DNA from: Myxococcota bacterium
Lineage (GTDB): Bacteria > Myxococcota_A > Polyangia > Polyangiales > Sandaracinaceae
DNA length: 64,000 bases
Assembly (NCBI GenBank): GCA_036149055.1
Contig: JAYZQJ010000137.1
Coordinates: forward strand, 63,862-127,861
Direction of reading: 5' to 3'
Numbering within the stretch: the stretch's first letter is position 1; each line of letters opens with the position of its first letter. The position numbers and the translations under genes are program-made. Shown piece by piece: positions 22,350-33,450 of the stretch. A model generated the notes under the pieces. It worked only from the letters and a program-made list of their open reading frames with translations. It did not search any database and was not told the DNA's origin.

Positions 22350-23870
22350 ATGCTCAGGAGACTCACGGCCGGGCTGGCCGGGCTCACGGTGGTCCTCGGC
22401 GCCGCGCAGGCGAGCGCGTTCTGCGGCTTCTACGTCAGCGGCGCCGGGACCGATCTCTACAACAACGCCACCATGGTGGTGATGATGCGCGACGGCACCC
22501 GCACGGTGCTCTCGATGCAGAACAACTACGACGGGCCGCCCGAGGACTTCGCGATGGTGGTGCCGGTGCCGGTGGTGCTGAGCGAAGAGGAGGTCAAGAC
22601 GCTCCCGGACTCCATCTTCAGCCGGGTCGACCAGCTCGCGGCGCCGCGCCTGGTCGAGTACTGGGAGCAGGACCCCTGTCAGCCCCAGGTCTACCCCGCG
22701 CCGATGGCGACCGGCGGAGCGGTGGACATGATGATGGCGGAGTCGGCCACCGAGGGCGGCGACCTCGGGGTGACCGTCGAGGCCCAGTTCGTCGTCGGCG
22801 AGTACGAGATCGTCATCCTGAGCGCCGACGACTCGTCCGGCCTCGACACCTGGCTGCGCCGCGAGGGCTACCGCATCCCGGACGGAGCCGAGCCGGTGCT
22901 CCGGCCCTACGTCGCGCAGGGCACCAAGTTCTTCGTCGCGCGGGTGGACGTCGAGCGCGTCACCCGGGTGGACGGGCGCGCGGTGCTCTCGCCGCTGCGC
23001 TTCCACTACGACAGCGAGACGTTCTCGCTCCCGGTGCGGCTCGGCCTGCTCAACAGCCGCGGCCAGCAGGACCTCATCGTGCACGTGCTCGCGCGCGGGC
23101 AGCGCTACGAGGTCGCCAACTACGACAACGTGATGATCCCGACGAACCTCGTGGTGAGCCACGGGGTGCGGAACGAGTTCGGCCCGTTCTACGCGTCGCT
23201 CCTCGACCGCACGCTGGCCCGGCACCCGGGCGCGGTGGTCACCGAGTACGCCTGGGACGCGTCGAGCTGCGATCCGTGCCCGACCCCGGCGCTGACGCCC
23301 GAGGAGATCACCACGCTCGGCGCCGACGTGGTGGGCGCCGATCCCTACGGCTTCACGCTCACCCGGCTGCACTACCGCTACGGGCGAGACGATCTCGGCG
23401 AGGACCTGGTCTTCCGCGCGGCGCCGCCCATCGTCGGGGGACGGGGCATGCCCGACCAGGAGGGGCGGATGACCGAGCAGGGCGCGCAGCCGAGCGGCAG
23501 CAACGCCTTCCAGGGGCGCTACGTGATGCTCAACCGCTGGCAGGGCGAGGTCGCGTGCGACGAGCCGCGGCGCGGGATCTGGGGCGGGCCGCCCTCCGGC
23601 GGGGAGCCGCCGCCGATCGCCGCCACCAACACCGCGTTCGTGGACCGCAGCGCCACCCTCGGCTCCTACCTCACGGAGGACCTGCCGGAGCTCGGCGTGG
23701 AGGCGGGCGCCAGCGACTCGGACGACGGCTCGGGCGGCCGCACCAGCGCAGGCCCCACGCAGGGCGGCGGCTGCGCGAGCTGCAGCGTCGGGTCGGGGCC
23801 GCTCTCGTTCGGCGGCGCGGCGCTGATGGCGCTGCTCGGCCTCGCGCTCTACGCGCGGCGTCGGCGGTAG
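22350..23870 (+). CDS. DUF2330-family secreted protein with MYXO-CTERM-like sorting tail
   Basis: AFCGFYV, MQNNY.G...FAMVVPVP, APRLVEYWEQDPC, LTRLH. C-terminal GGCASCSV + TM + RRRR. Confidence 0.88.
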   Translation: MLRRLTAGLAGLTVVLGAAQASAFCGFYVSGAGTDLYNNATMVVMMRDGTRTVLSMQNNYDGPPEDFAMVVPVPVVLSEEEVKTLPDSIFSRVDQLAAPRLVEYWEQDPCQPQVYPAPMATGGAVDMMMAESATEGGDLGVTVEAQFVVGEYEIVILSADDSSGLDTWLRREGYRIPDGAEPVLRPYVAQGTKFFVARVDVERVTRVDGRAVLSPLRFHYDSETFSLPVRLGLLNSRGQQDLIVHVLARGQRYEVANYDNVMIPTNLVVSHGVRNEFGPFYASLLDRTLARHPGAVVTEYAWDASSCDPCPTPALTPEEITTLGADVVGADPYGFTLTRLHYRYGRDDLGEDLVFRAAPPIVGGRGMPDQEGRMTEQGAQPSGSNAFQGRYVMLNRWQGEVACDEPRRGIWGGPPSGGEPPPIAATNTAFVDRSATLGSYLTEDLPELGVEAGASDSDDGSGGRTSAGPTQGGGCASCSVGSGPLSFGGAALMALLGLALYARRRR

Positions 23871-24337
23871 GTCACGACGCGAAAAGGGTGGGCGTGGCGC
23901 GCGTCGGCCTCGTGGCGCGTCTCGTCCACCGCCTCCCACCCGCTCCAGTCGACGTCGGGGAAGAACGTGTCGCCCTCGACGTCGGCCTCGACGTGGGTGA
24001 CGTGCAGGGTGTCGACGAGGGGGAGCGCCTCTTCGTAGAGCGACGCGCCGCCGATGATCACCTTCTCGTCGCCCTCGGCGGCGAGCGCCTCCCGGAGCGA
24101 GGAGACCACGAGCGCGCCCTCGGCGGCGTAGCCGCGCTGCCGGGTCACGACGACGTTGAGCCGCTTCTTCAGCGGGCCGCTCGGCAGCGACTCCCAGGTC
24201 TTCCGACCCATGATCACCGTCTTGCCGAGGGTGGCCCGGCGGAAGTGCTTCAGGTCGTCGGGAAGGCGCCAGGGCAGGTCGCCGTCCCTCCCGATGACGC
24301 CGCTCTCGGCGACGGCGACCACGAGGCTCAGCGTCAT
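23849..24337 (-). CDS. folA: Dihydrofolate reductase
   Basis: [46 protein letters not shown]-coupled to thyA. Confidence 0.96.
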   Translation of the reverse strand: MTLSLVVAVAESGVIGRDGDLPWRLPDDLKHFRRATLGKTVIMGRKTWESLPSGPLKKRLNVVVTRQRGYAAEGALVVSSLREALAAEGDEKVIIGGASLYEEALPLVDTLHVTHVEADVEGDTFFPDVDWSGWEAVDETRHEADARHAHPFRVVTYRRRRA

Positions 24338-25128
24338 ACCGCGACCGGGGCCTTGATGCGCGGGTGCGGGTCGTAGCCCTCGAGCGTGAAGTGCGCGTAG
24401 TCGAAGTCGAAGAGGTCCGACACGCCCGGGTCGAGCCGCAGGGTCGGCAGCGGCCGCGGCTCGCGCGAGAGCTGGAGGTCCACCTGCTCGAGGTGGTTGA
24501 GGTAGATGTGCGCGTCGCCGAAGGTGTGCACGAAGTCGCCTGGCTCGAGCCCCGTCACCTGCGCGATCATCATCGTCAGCAGCGCGTAGCTCGCGATGTT
24601 GAAGGGCACGCCCAGGAAGAGGTCGGCGCTCCGCTGGTAGAGCTGGCACGAGAGCTTGCCGTCCGCGACGTAGAACTGGAAGAGCGCGTGGCAGGGCGCC
24701 AGCGCCATCTCGTCGAGCTGGGCCACGTTCCACGCGCTGACCAGGATGCGGCGCGAGTCCGGCGTCTCGCGGAGCTGCTGCAGCACCCGGGTGATCTGGT
24801 CGATGTGCCGACCGTCCGGCGTGGGCCAGGAGCGCCACTGCACGCCGTAGACCGGGCCGAGGTCGCCGTGCTCGTCGGCCCACTCGTCCCAGATCGACAC
24901 CTTCCGGTCCTGGAGCCAGCGCACGTTGGAGTCGCCGCGGAGGAACCACAGCAGCTCGTAGATGATCGACTTCAGGTGGACCTTCTTGGTGGTCACGAGG
25001 GGGAAGCCCTCGGCCAGGTCGAAGCGGATCTGGCGGCCGAAGACGCTGAGCGTGCCGGTGCCGGTGCGATCCTCTTTCCGCGCGCCGTTCCGTCGCACGT
25101 CGCGGAGGAGCTCGAGGTAGGCGTCCAT
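24334..25128 (-). CDS. thyA: Thymidylate synthase
   Basis: [44 protein letters not shown]. Confidence 0.98.
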   Translation of the reverse strand: MDAYLELLRDVRRNGARKEDRTGTGTLSVFGRQIRFDLAEGFPLVTTKKVHLKSIIYELLWFLRGDSNVRWLQDRKVSIWDEWADEHGDLGPVYGVQWRSWPTPDGRHIDQITRVLQQLRETPDSRRILVSAWNVAQLDEMALAPCHALFQFYVADGKLSCQLYQRSADLFLGVPFNIASYALLTMMIAQVTGLEPGDFVHTFGDAHIYLNHLEQVDLQLSREPRPLPTLRLDPGVSDLFDFDYAHFTLEGYDPHPRIKAPVAV

Positions 25129-25151
25129 GACGCGCGGAGTCTGCGTCGACG

Positions 25152-27278
25152 TCACTCGGCCATCAAGGCCGCGATCTTCTCGTCCAGCTCCGAGAGCCGG
25201 AAGGGCTTGGTGAGGTGGTGGCCGCCGAGCTCGTCGAGGAAGGCGCGCGCCTTCGGGGTGAAGGTGCCGCCGGTCATGAAGAGCATGCGGGGCGCGAGCG
25301 ACGGGTGGTGCGCGCTCACCCAGCGGTGCACGTCGATGCCGGTTCCGTCGAGCATCATCATGTCGCAGAGGATCACGTCGAAGGCGGCGTCGTCGCGGAG
25401 GCGGGCCACCGCGCTCTCGAGCCCGTCGGCGGTCTCCACCTCGTAGCGGGCCGCGATGAGTCGGCCGAGGACCTCCACGATCATCGGCTCGTCGTCGATG
25501 AGCAGCAGGCGGCGTCGCTGGGTGGGCGGCGTCACGCTCGGCTCCTCGACCGCCGCCTCCGCGCTCGGCGCGGCGCTGCGCGCGCGAGGGAGACTCACGG
25601 TGAAGCGGGAGCCGCGGCCGAGCTGCGAGTCGACGGCGATGCGCCCCCCGTGCGCGGTCACCACGCTGTGGCAGATCGAGAGGCCGAGCCCCGCGCCCGC
25701 GCCGTGCTGCCGGGTGCTGAAGAAGGGATCGAAGAGCCGCTCGAGGTGCTCGGGCGGCACGCCGCTGCCCGTGTCCCCGACCTCGGCGCGGATCTCGTCG
25801 CCCTCCATCCAGGTGCGCACGGTGATCGTGTGCTCGTCGGGGTGCCCCTCCTCGATCGCCCGCGCCGCGTTCAGCAGCAGGTTGAGGAAGACCTGGCTCA
25901 GGCGCCCCTCGTGGCCGATGACCGGGGAGAGGTCGCCGAGATCCGTCGCCAGGCGCGCCCGGTACTTGATCTCGTGGTGGGCCATCTTGATCGCGATACG
26001 GACCGCTTCGTTGACGTCCACGTGACTCCGCTGATCCTCGCTGACGCGGGAGAAGGTCATCAGGTCTCGCACGATGCGCTGCACGCGCTCGGCCCCCTCG
26101 AGGGCGTCCACGCCGTGCCTCCGGATCGCCTCGACGTCGCCGGGGCTCTGTAGGCCCGCGCTCGCCAGGGCGGCCTCCACCTCGTCCTCGGACAGGCGCT
26201 GCCCGAGCGCCTCCCGCAGCCGGATGATCTTCGCGTCGAGGGCGCGCGCGTGCCGCTCGTAGGCCTGCAGGTTGAGCAGCACGTAGGCGAGCGGGTTGTT
26301 GATCTCGTGGGCCATGCCCGCCGCGAGGGTGCCGACGCTCGCGAGGCGACCGGCCTGCGCGAGCTGCGCCTCGAGCTTTCGCCGCCGCTGCCGATCCAGG
26401 ATCGCGGTGACGAGGTCCGCGGTGGCCTCCAGCAGCGGCCCGAGCTCGGCGAGCGCCTGCGGCGCGTAGGGGGTGGGCGCGTCCGCGAGCCCGACGACGC
26501 CGACCACCCGGTCTCCGACCCGGAGCGGGAGCACGACCGCGCGCGTCAGCTCTCGCCGCCCCCAGGCGCCGCCCACGACCCCGGGGCGCTCGAGGTTGAG
26601 CAGCTCGCCGGCTCCGAGGACCCGCCGGCAGAGCGCGTCCATCGGGTGGGGCTCCAGCGTCTTGCCGCGCGACGCGCCGTCGTCGATGCGCGCGTGCAGC
26701 GCCAGCTCGGTCATGGCCTCGTCGATGGGGCGAGCCACGAAGCCGTAGCGGCTCCCGGTCAGCTCGAGCAGCGACTCCAGCGGCGCGTGGAAGACGGCGA
26801 CCACCGCGCCCGCGTCGTCGCGCGAGTGCACCATGCGCACGGTGTCGAGGAGCTGCGCGTGGGCGCGCGTGCGCACCTCGGCCCGCTTGCGATCGGTGAT
26901 GTCGACGAAGGTGACCACCGCGCCCCGCGCGCCCGGGCCGGACTCGGGGAAGGGCAGGGCGGTGAAGATGGCCCAGCGCAGCTCTCCGTCCGGCTGCCGC
27001 ACGCCCAGGGTGGTCGGCCCCTGCACGGCGCCGGTCGCGAGGCAGCGCGTGACCGGGTAGTCCTCGACCGCGCACGGCGAGCCGTCCTCGTAGAAGGTCT
27101 GCCCCTCGAAGTCGGTGATGAAGCGCTGCGAGAGCCGGTCCCACGAGAGGCCGAGGAACTCCTGGGCCTGCCGGTTCGCCCGCGAGATGGCGCCGTCCTC
27201 CGCGATCTGCACGATGCCGCCGGGGACCACGTCGAGGATGCGCGCCAGCAGCCGCGCCTCGGTCGTGTCCGGGTTCAT
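25152..27278 (-). CDS. Cytoplasmic hybrid histidine kinase (PAS-GAF-HisKA-HATPase-receiver)
   Basis: [11 protein letters not shown] end, AHEINNPL H-box, N/G1/F/G2 boxes, receiver DDE..CD..KPF. Start could be 27308 or 27335. Confidence 0.93.
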   Translation of the reverse strand: MNPDTTEARLLARILDVVPGGIVQIAEDGAISRANRQAQEFLGLSWDRLSQRFITDFEGQTFYEDGSPCAVEDYPVTRCLATGAVQGPTTLGVRQPDGELRWAIFTALPFPESGPGARGAVVTFVDITDRKRAEVRTRAHAQLLDTVRMVHSRDDAGAVVAVFHAPLESLLELTGSRYGFVARPIDEAMTELALHARIDDGASRGKTLEPHPMDALCRRVLGAGELLNLERPGVVGGAWGRRELTRAVVLPLRVGDRVVGVVGLADAPTPYAPQALAELGPLLEATADLVTAILDRQRRRKLEAQLAQAGRLASVGTLAAGMAHEINNPLAYVLLNLQAYERHARALDAKIIRLREALGQRLSEDEVEAALASAGLQSPGDVEAIRRHGVDALEGAERVQRIVRDLMTFSRVSEDQRSHVDVNEAVRIAIKMAHHEIKYRARLATDLGDLSPVIGHEGRLSQVFLNLLLNAARAIEEGHPDEHTITVRTWMEGDEIRAEVGDTGSGVPPEHLERLFDPFFSTRQHGAGAGLGLSICHSVVTAHGGRIAVDSQLGRGSRFTVSLPRARSAAPSAEAAVEEPSVTPPTQRRRLLLIDDEPMIVEVLGRLIAARYEVETADGLESAVARLRDDAAFDVILCDMMMLDGTGIDVHRWVSAHHPSLAPRMLFMTGGTFTPKARAFLDELGGHHLTKPFRLSELDEKIAALMAE

Positions 27279-27339
27279 GCGCGGCAGTCCCCCTTCCGGT
27301 GTCGTCATCGGCGGGCGGTGAGGCAACTTCGTCACGGAT

Positions 27340-28635
27340 TCAGCTTACTCCACTCTCGTCGGGGGTGGCGGTGACCCGGTCGAGGCGCGCGACGACCGCG
27401 GCGGCGGTGGAGTCGGACCATACGTTCACACTGGTCCTCGCCATGTCCAGCACCCGGTCGACGGCCAGGATCAACCCGACCGCGGTCGCGGGCAGCCCCA
27501 CCGCCTCGAGCACCACCACCATCATCACGGTGCCGGCGTGCGGGATGCCGGCCGCGCCGACGCTCGCCAGCAGCGCGGTGAACGCCACGATCACCTGCTG
27601 GGCCAGCGTGAGGTCGGCGCCGAACGCCTGCGCGATGAAGAGCACCGCCACCGCCTCGTAGAGCGCGGTCCCGTCCATGTTCACGGTCGCGCCGAGCGGG
27701 AGCACGAAGGAGCTGACCCGGTTGGAGACGCCGGCGCGCTCCTCGATGGAGGTGAGGGTCAGCGGCAGGGTCGCGTTGCTGCTCGCCGTGCTGAAGGCGG
27801 TGAGCAGCGCCGGCCACATCGCCCGTGCGAACGCGAGCGGCGAGCGGCGAGCCAGCAGCGACAGCAGGATCGGCAGCGTGACCAGCGCGTGCACCGCGAG
27901 CGCGAGGACCACGGTGATCATGTACTTGCCGAGCGCGATGAACGCGCCGAGGCCCGAGCCGGCCGCGGCGTAGAGCATGAAGCCGAACACGCCGATCGGC
28001 GCCAGCTCGATGACGAACATCGTCATCTTCATCATCACCGCGAAGATGTCCTCGAAGAGGGTCTTGAGGCGCGCGCCCGGCTCGCCGCCGGTGAAGGTGA
28101 TGAAGAGCCCGAAGAGCAGCGAGAAGAAGATGATCGGCAGCATGTCCCCCTCGGCGGTCGCGGCGACGGGGTTGGTCGGGATCATCTCGGTGAGCTGGGT
28201 CCAGAGGATCTGACCGAGCGTGCGGTTGCCCTCGACGACGTCCGGCACCGCCTGCCCCTGGCTCTCGGCCTCGAGCGCCTCGAGGGCCACGCCGCGCCCG
28301 GGCTCGACGAGGTTGGTCATCACGATGCCGACGACGATCGCCAGGAGACTGGTCAGCCCGTAGTAGGCGAAGGTCCAGCCGCCGAGCCGCCCGAGGTCGC
28401 GCGGATCGCCGAGGCCGGTGACGCCGGTGACCAGGCTCGCGACGATGAGCGGCACGACGATCATCTGGAGCAGGCGGAGGAAGAGCCGGCCGACCGCCTC
28501 GCCCACCCGCGCCACCTCGCGCACGAGCTCGACGTCGACGCCGCCCTGCTCGGCCACGAGGTTCAGCGGCAGCCCGATCGCGGCGCCGAGGACCATGCCG
28601 ATCAGGATCCGGTGGTGGAGCTGCAGCTTGCGCAC
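27340..28635 (-). CDS. Dicarboxylate/amino acid:cation symporter (DAACS, GltP-like)
   Basis: AFSTASSNATLP, NMDGT, AAGIP, DRVLDMARTSVN. Confidence 0.95.
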   Translation of the reverse strand: MRKLQLHHRILIGMVLGAAIGLPLNLVAEQGGVDVELVREVARVGEAVGRLFLRLLQMIVVPLIVASLVTGVTGLGDPRDLGRLGGWTFAYYGLTSLLAIVVGIVMTNLVEPGRGVALEALEAESQGQAVPDVVEGNRTLGQILWTQLTEMIPTNPVAATAEGDMLPIIFFSLLFGLFITFTGGEPGARLKTLFEDIFAVMMKMTMFVIELAPIGVFGFMLYAAAGSGLGAFIALGKYMITVVLALAVHALVTLPILLSLLARRSPLAFARAMWPALLTAFSTASSNATLPLTLTSIEERAGVSNRVSSFVLPLGATVNMDGTALYEAVAVLFIAQAFGADLTLAQQVIVAFTALLASVGAAGIPHAGTVMMVVVLEAVGLPATAVGLILAVDRVLDMARTSVNVWSDSTAAAVVARLDRVTATPDESGVS

Positions 28636-28646
28636 GCGCTCTCGTA

Positions 28647-30095
28647 TCAGGCGGCCCGACGGCGTGTCGAGTGCTCCTCGCGGACGCGGCGCCACCACCG
28701 CGCCAGCTCTCCCGGCTCGGGGAGCGAGGCGCGGGTCAGCTCGAGCGTGAGGCCGCCGCCGTCGAGGCGGACGTCGACCAGGCTTCCGTCGAGCGCCTCG
28801 GCGAGCCCGGTCGCCCAGCCCTCCAGCTCGGCCGCGGCCCGACGCGCCGACGGACGGAGCCACCGACCGAGCGCGCCGACGGCCCGGGCGAGCAGGCCCG
28901 CCGAGCTGCCGGAGGCTCGGTCGAGGACGCGCAGCCGGAGCGCTCCGTCCACGGGCTCGAGCCGGAGCTCTCGACGCTCCCCCGTCGACGTGGCGAGCGA
29001 GAGGGCGACGCCGTCGCGGGTCAGGGCCGTCCGCGAGGCGTCGCGGTAGCCGGCGGTCTCGCGCTCCGCCACCGCCGCGAGCAGCGCCCGGATCCGCTGC
29101 CTCGCCGCGCGATCCGACGCGTCGGCGGGCGACATCGGGAGCGCGCGTCGCTGGACCGCGTGGCCCTCGCGGTCGCAGCGCAGCAGGGTGACCGCGCCCT
29201 CCTCCGCGCCGAAGCAGTAGAGGTGCTTCGCGCGATGGACGACGGCCACCGGGGGCGGGATCGTGGGCAGCGCGAAGGGCGCCTCGCGCTCGAGTCGCCC
29301 GTGCAGCTCACCGCTCGCCGCCGCCACGACCGCCCACCGATCCTCCACCCAGACCGGGTGACCCCCCTCGAGCGCCGGCGTCCCGGCGGGGAAGAACGGG
29401 TAGGGCCGCTCCACCAGCCGCCCGTCGGGCCCGAGCACGGCGAAGCGCGTCCCGGCGCCCCGCTCCGAGAGCACGACCGCCGCCCGCCCCCCGCCGGCCG
29501 CGAGCCGGAGATCGCCGATCGGTCCGCTCAGCGCGTGCCGCACCGTGGTGAACGCGCCGCGGCGGCGGACCACCACGCTCCAGGCCTCGTCGCCTTCGAA
29601 CGCGAAGACCGCGAGCGGCTCCCCGCGCACCATCGCGCTGGCGAGGAGCGCGCCGCCCCGGCGCTCCTGCGCGTGGCGCTCGAGGGGGCCGTCGAGGGTC
29701 ACGTCGCCGCCCCTCAGCCCGAGGCGGCGCGAGACGACGCCCTCGCCGTCGGCGGCGAAGAGGGTGAGGCTGCGCTCGTCGCCGGCCAGCGTCACCCGGG
29801 TCGCCCCCGGCGCCACGCGCACCGCCGGGCCGTGCGCGCCCTCCTCCCAGTCCAGCGCCGCGGCCCAGGCGCCGCCGTCGTCGCCCTGCGCCTCGCACCA
29901 GGCGACGATCAATCGGTCGCGGCGGGCGGCGAGCGCGGGGGGACGCGCGGCGGTGAGCCCGGCGGCGCCGACGTGTCGACAGAACACCGGCGTCTCGCGG
30001 CGCCAGCTCTCGAGGTGCGCGACCACCGGACCGAGGGCGTCGAACGAGCCCAGGGTGAGGCCGCGCGCGCCGAGCACGACCGCCGGAGGGATCAC
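28647..30095 (-). CDS. Hypothetical protein (beta-rich N-terminal part), coupled to pgi
   Basis: GTGA overlap with the pgi stop. Fills the gap to the symporter gene in the same orientation. Confidence 0.65.
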   Translation of the reverse strand: MIPPAVVLGARGLTLGSFDALGPVVAHLESWRRETPVFCRHVGAAGLTAARPPALAARRDRLIVAWCEAQGDDGGAWAAALDWEEGAHGPAVRVAPGATRVTLAGDERSLTLFAADGEGVVSRRLGLRGGDVTLDGPLERHAQERRGGALLASAMVRGEPLAVFAFEGDEAWSVVVRRRGAFTTVRHALSGPIGDLRLAAGGGRAAVVLSERGAGTRFAVLGPDGRLVERPYPFFPAGTPALEGGHPVWVEDRWAVVAAASGELHGRLEREAPFALPTIPPPVAVVHRAKHLYCFGAEEGAVTLLRCDREGHAVQRRALPMSPADASDRAARQRIRALLAAVAERETAGYRDASRTALTRDGVALSLATSTGERRELRLEPVDGALRLRVLDRASGSSAGLLARAVGALGRWLRPSARRAAAELEGWATGLAEALDGSLVDVRLDGGGLTLELTRASLPEPGELARWWRRVREEHSTRRRAA

Positions 30096-31747
30096 TCGCT
30101 GCGCGGGCCGGCCTGGATCAGCCGGATGAGCGCGGTGGTCGAGGTGTCGTGACCGCTCGGCTCCTCGGCGCCCGAGAGCTCCGGCAGGATGCGCTTCGCG
30201 AGCACCTTGCCGAGCTCCACGCCCCACTGATCGAAGCTGTTGAGGCCCCAGATCACGCCCTGCACGAACACGCGGTGCTCGTAGTACGCGAGCAGCGAGC
30301 CGAGCGTCTTCGGGTCGAGCCGATCGAAGAGGATCGTGGTGCTCGGCCGGTTGCCCTCGAAGACCTTGTGCGGCAGCAGCCGCTCGACCTCCTCCGCGTC
30401 GAGCCCGCTCGCCTCGAGCTCGGCCCGCGCCTCCTCCTCGGTGCGCCCGATCATCAGGGCCTCCGCCTGCGCGACGAGGTTCGCGAGCAGCTTCCGGTGG
30501 TGATCGCCGGTCGGGTAGTGGCTGACCAGCGGCGCGAGCAGGTCGCAGGGCACCAGCCGCGTCCCCTGGTGCAGCAGCTGGAAGAACGAGTGCTGGGCGT
30601 TCGTGCCCGGCTCCCCCCAGACGATCGGGCCGGTCACGTACCCGTCGACGACGTCGCCGTCGCGCCGCGTGCGCTTGCCGTTGCTCTCCATGTCCGCCTG
30701 CTGGAGCCAGGCCGGGAGCCGGTGCAGCGACTGATCGTACGGCAACACGGCGTGCGAAGACGCGCCGAAGAAGCTCGCGTACCACACCCCGAGCATCGCG
30801 CCGATGACCGGGAGGTTCTCCTCGAGAGGCGCCGACCGGAAGTGCGCGTCCATGCGGTGCGCCCCGAGCAACAGCTCCTCGAAGGCGTCCATGCCGATGG
30901 CGCAGGCGATCGGGAGCCCGATGGCGCTCCAGAGGGAGTAGCGCCCGCCGACCCAGTCCCAGAATTCGAAGACGTTCGCCGGGTCGATGCCGAACTCCTT
31001 CACCGCGTCGTGGTTCGTGCTCACCGCGACGAAGTGCTTGGCGACCGCCTTGTCGCTCCCGAGCTTCTCCACCAGCCAGCTCCGGGCGCTGCGGGCGTTG
31101 GTCAGGGTCTCCTCGGTGCTGAAGCTCTTGGAGGCGACGATGAAGAGCGTGGTCGCCGGGTTCAGCCCCTTCAGCGTGCGGCCGAGGTGGGCCCCGTCCA
31201 CGTTCGAGACGAAGTGCGGCGTCAGGCCCTCCTTCCAGTAGGGCTCGAGCGCCTCGCACACCATCAGCGGGCCGAGGTCGCTGCCGCCGATGCCGAGGTT
31301 GACCACGTCGGTGATCGCCTCGCCGGTGTGCCCGGTGTGCTCGCCCGCGCGGACGCGGTCGGTGAACTTGCGCATCTTCGCGAGGACCGCGCTCACCACC
31401 GGCACCACGTTCTTGCCGTCCACCCGGATGGGGCGGTTGTCCCGGTTGCGCAGCGCGACGTGGAGGACCGCGCGGCCCTCGGTCACGTTGATCTTCTCCC
31501 CGGTGAACATGCGCTCGATCCAGGCCGGCAGGTCGCGCTGACGGGCGAGCGCCATGAGCGCCTCCATCGTCTCGTCGGTCACCCGGTGCTTGGAGAAGTC
31601 GAAGAGCAGGTCGTCGAGCCGGAAGCTGAGCCGACGCGCGCGCTCCGGGTCGTCGGCGAAGAGGGTGCGGAGGTGCACGTCCCGCATCGTCGCGGCGTGG
31701 GCGGTGAGGGCGCGCCAGGCTTCTTCATCGGTCGGCGAGGTCGACAT
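30092..31747 (-). CDS. pgi: Glucose-6-phosphate isomerase
   Basis: [37 protein letters not shown]. Confidence 0.98.
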   Translation of the reverse strand: MSTSPTDEEAWRALTAHAATMRDVHLRTLFADDPERARRLSFRLDDLLFDFSKHRVTDETMEALMALARQRDLPAWIERMFTGEKINVTEGRAVLHVALRNRDNRPIRVDGKNVVPVVSAVLAKMRKFTDRVRAGEHTGHTGEAITDVVNLGIGGSDLGPLMVCEALEPYWKEGLTPHFVSNVDGAHLGRTLKGLNPATTLFIVASKSFSTEETLTNARSARSWLVEKLGSDKAVAKHFVAVSTNHDAVKEFGIDPANVFEFWDWVGGRYSLWSAIGLPIACAIGMDAFEELLLGAHRMDAHFRSAPLEENLPVIGAMLGVWYASFFGASSHAVLPYDQSLHRLPAWLQQADMESNGKRTRRDGDVVDGYVTGPIVWGEPGTNAQHSFFQLLHQGTRLVPCDLLAPLVSHYPTGDHHRKLLANLVAQAEALMIGRTEEEARAELEASGLDAEEVERLLPHKVFEGNRPSTTILFDRLDPKTLGSLLAYYEHRVFVQGVIWGLNSFDQWGVELGKVLAKRILPELSGAEEPSGHDTSTTALIRLIQAGPRSE

Positions 31748-31759
31748 CGGCTCTCTCCT

Positions 31760-32428
31760 TCAGGCGGGCTGGATCAGCTCGGGCCCCTCGTTTCGCACAT
31801 TGTTGACCGCGGTGGAAACCTCGAACGACGACAGCTCGCGCGCCCGGTGCCACTGGAGGATCTCGCGGACGTCGTCGGGATCGTCCCGGCCGCGGTCGAG
31901 CCACGCGGCGTAGGTGTCGGGCTGGAGCAGGATCGGCATGCGGTCGTGCAGCTCCGCCGCCGCGCCCTCCGCCTCGCGGGTCAGGATCGTGAAGCTCGAG
32001 ATCTTCTCGCCCTCGGGGTCGTTCCAGATCGCCCAGAGCCCCGCCATCGCGAACGGCCGCATGCCCTCGAGGTGGAAGTGATGCGGGATCTTCTGCTTCC
32101 CCTCCCGGCGCCACTCGTAGAACCCGTCGGCGATCACCAGGCAGCGTCGCTTGCGGAAGGCGTCGCGGAACGCGGGCTTGTCCGCCGCGCTCTCGCTCCG
32201 CGCGTTCAGCAGCCGCGCGCCGATCTTCACGTCCTTGGCCCAGTGCGGCACCAGCCCGAAGCGGGAGAGCCCGAGCCGACGCTCGCCCTCCTTGCTCTGC
32301 ACGACGATCGGCGCCTCGGTCGTGGGCGCGATGTTGTAGCGAGCGGGGATCTCCTTCGCGACGAGGGTGGCCTCGAATTCCTCGATGAGCTCGTCCGGCG
32401 CGGTGGCCATCGTGTAGCGGGCGCACAT
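31760..32428 (-). CDS. SOS response-associated peptidase (SRAP; YedK/HMCES-like abasic-site protein)
   Basis: N-terminal MCARY (catalytic Cys2 fixes the start at 32428), YNIAPT, NARSE, GFYEW, HDRMP. Confidence 0.93.
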   Translation of the reverse strand: MCARYTMATAPDELIEEFEATLVAKEIPARYNIAPTTEAPIVVQSKEGERRLGLSRFGLVPHWAKDVKIGARLLNARSESAADKPAFRDAFRKRRCLVIADGFYEWRREGKQKIPHHFHLEGMRPFAMAGLWAIWNDPEGEKISSFTILTREAEGAAAELHDRMPILLQPDTYAAWLDRGRDDPDDVREILQWHRARELSSFEVSTAVNNVRNEGPELIQPA

Positions 32429-32453
32429 GACTCGTCGCAGTATGCGGCGCCCG

Positions 32454-33404
32454 ATGGAAGACGCCACGGAGAGCCCGCCGTCGCCCGCCCTCGTGCACGC
32501 GGGTCTGCTCGCCGTGCAGCTGGGCTTCGCGAGCCACTACGTGGTGAGCAAGATCGCGGTGCGCGAGCTGTCGCCGGCCGGGCTCGCCCTGGTGCGGGCG
32601 GCGGTGGCCGCCGCGGTGATGCTCGCGGTGCACGTCGGAGCGCGCGGGCTGCCGCGGGTGCCCTGGCGCGACGCCCTGAAGCTCGCCGGCTGCGCGGCGC
32701 TCGGCATCGCCGGCAACCAGCTGCTCTTCTTCTCCGGTCTGCGGCACACGACCGCCTCGAACGCGAGCGTGCTGGTGACGACGATCCCCGTTTTCACCCT
32801 GCTCGTGAGCCTCGCCCTGCGCCGCGAGCGGGCCACCGCCCGAGGGATCCTCGGCATCGCGCTCGCGCTCTCGGGCGTGATCTACCTGCTCGGCGCGGAG
32901 GCGCTCACGCTCGGCCCGGAGACGGTGCTCGGCGACCTGATGATCGTCGGCAACTCGCTCTTCTACGGCACCTACCTCGTGCTGGTGGCGGACCTCGCGC
33001 GTCGCCACGGCTCGATGACCGCGGTGGTCTGGCTCTTCGGCTTCGGCGCGCTCTGGGTGGCGCCCTTCGGGGCCGGCGCCCTCGTCGCCGACGCGCCGTC
33101 GGTGCGCGGCACGACCTGGTGGCTCGTCGCCTACATCGTGCTGGTCCCGACGATCTTCACCTACCTCACCAACGCCTGGGCGCTGCGGCACGCCCCGCCT
33201 TCGATCGTCGCCGTCTACATCTACCTCCAGCCGGTCGGCGCGACGGCGCTGGCGGTGTTCTTCCTCGACGAGACCCCGACCCCGCGGCTCTTCGGCGCTG
33301 CGGCGCTGGTCTTCGCCGGCATCTTCCTCGTCACCCGGCGGGCGGCGAGTCGAGTGGCCGAAGGCGGAGCGCCGGAGGCGCCGGGGGAGGCCGAGCGCGG
33401 CTGA
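32454..33404 (+). CDS. DMT/EamA family transporter
   Basis: About 10 TMs in two EamA repeats (GLRHTTASNAS, YLQPV). Confidence 0.9.
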   Translation: MEDATESPPSPALVHAGLLAVQLGFASHYVVSKIAVRELSPAGLALVRAAVAAAVMLAVHVGARGLPRVPWRDALKLAGCAALGIAGNQLLFFSGLRHTTASNASVLVTTIPVFTLLVSLALRRERATARGILGIALALSGVIYLLGAEALTLGPETVLGDLMIVGNSLFYGTYLVLVADLARRHGSMTAVVWLFGFGALWVAPFGAGALVADAPSVRGTTWWLVAYIVLVPTIFTYLTNAWALRHAPPSIVAVYIYLQPVGATALAVFFLDETPTPRLFGAAALVFAGIFLVTRRAASRVAEGGAPEAPGEAERG

Positions 33405-33450
33405 TGCGGGCCGGGGGGCGCGTGGCCCGGGTCTTGCCAAACGTCCCCCC

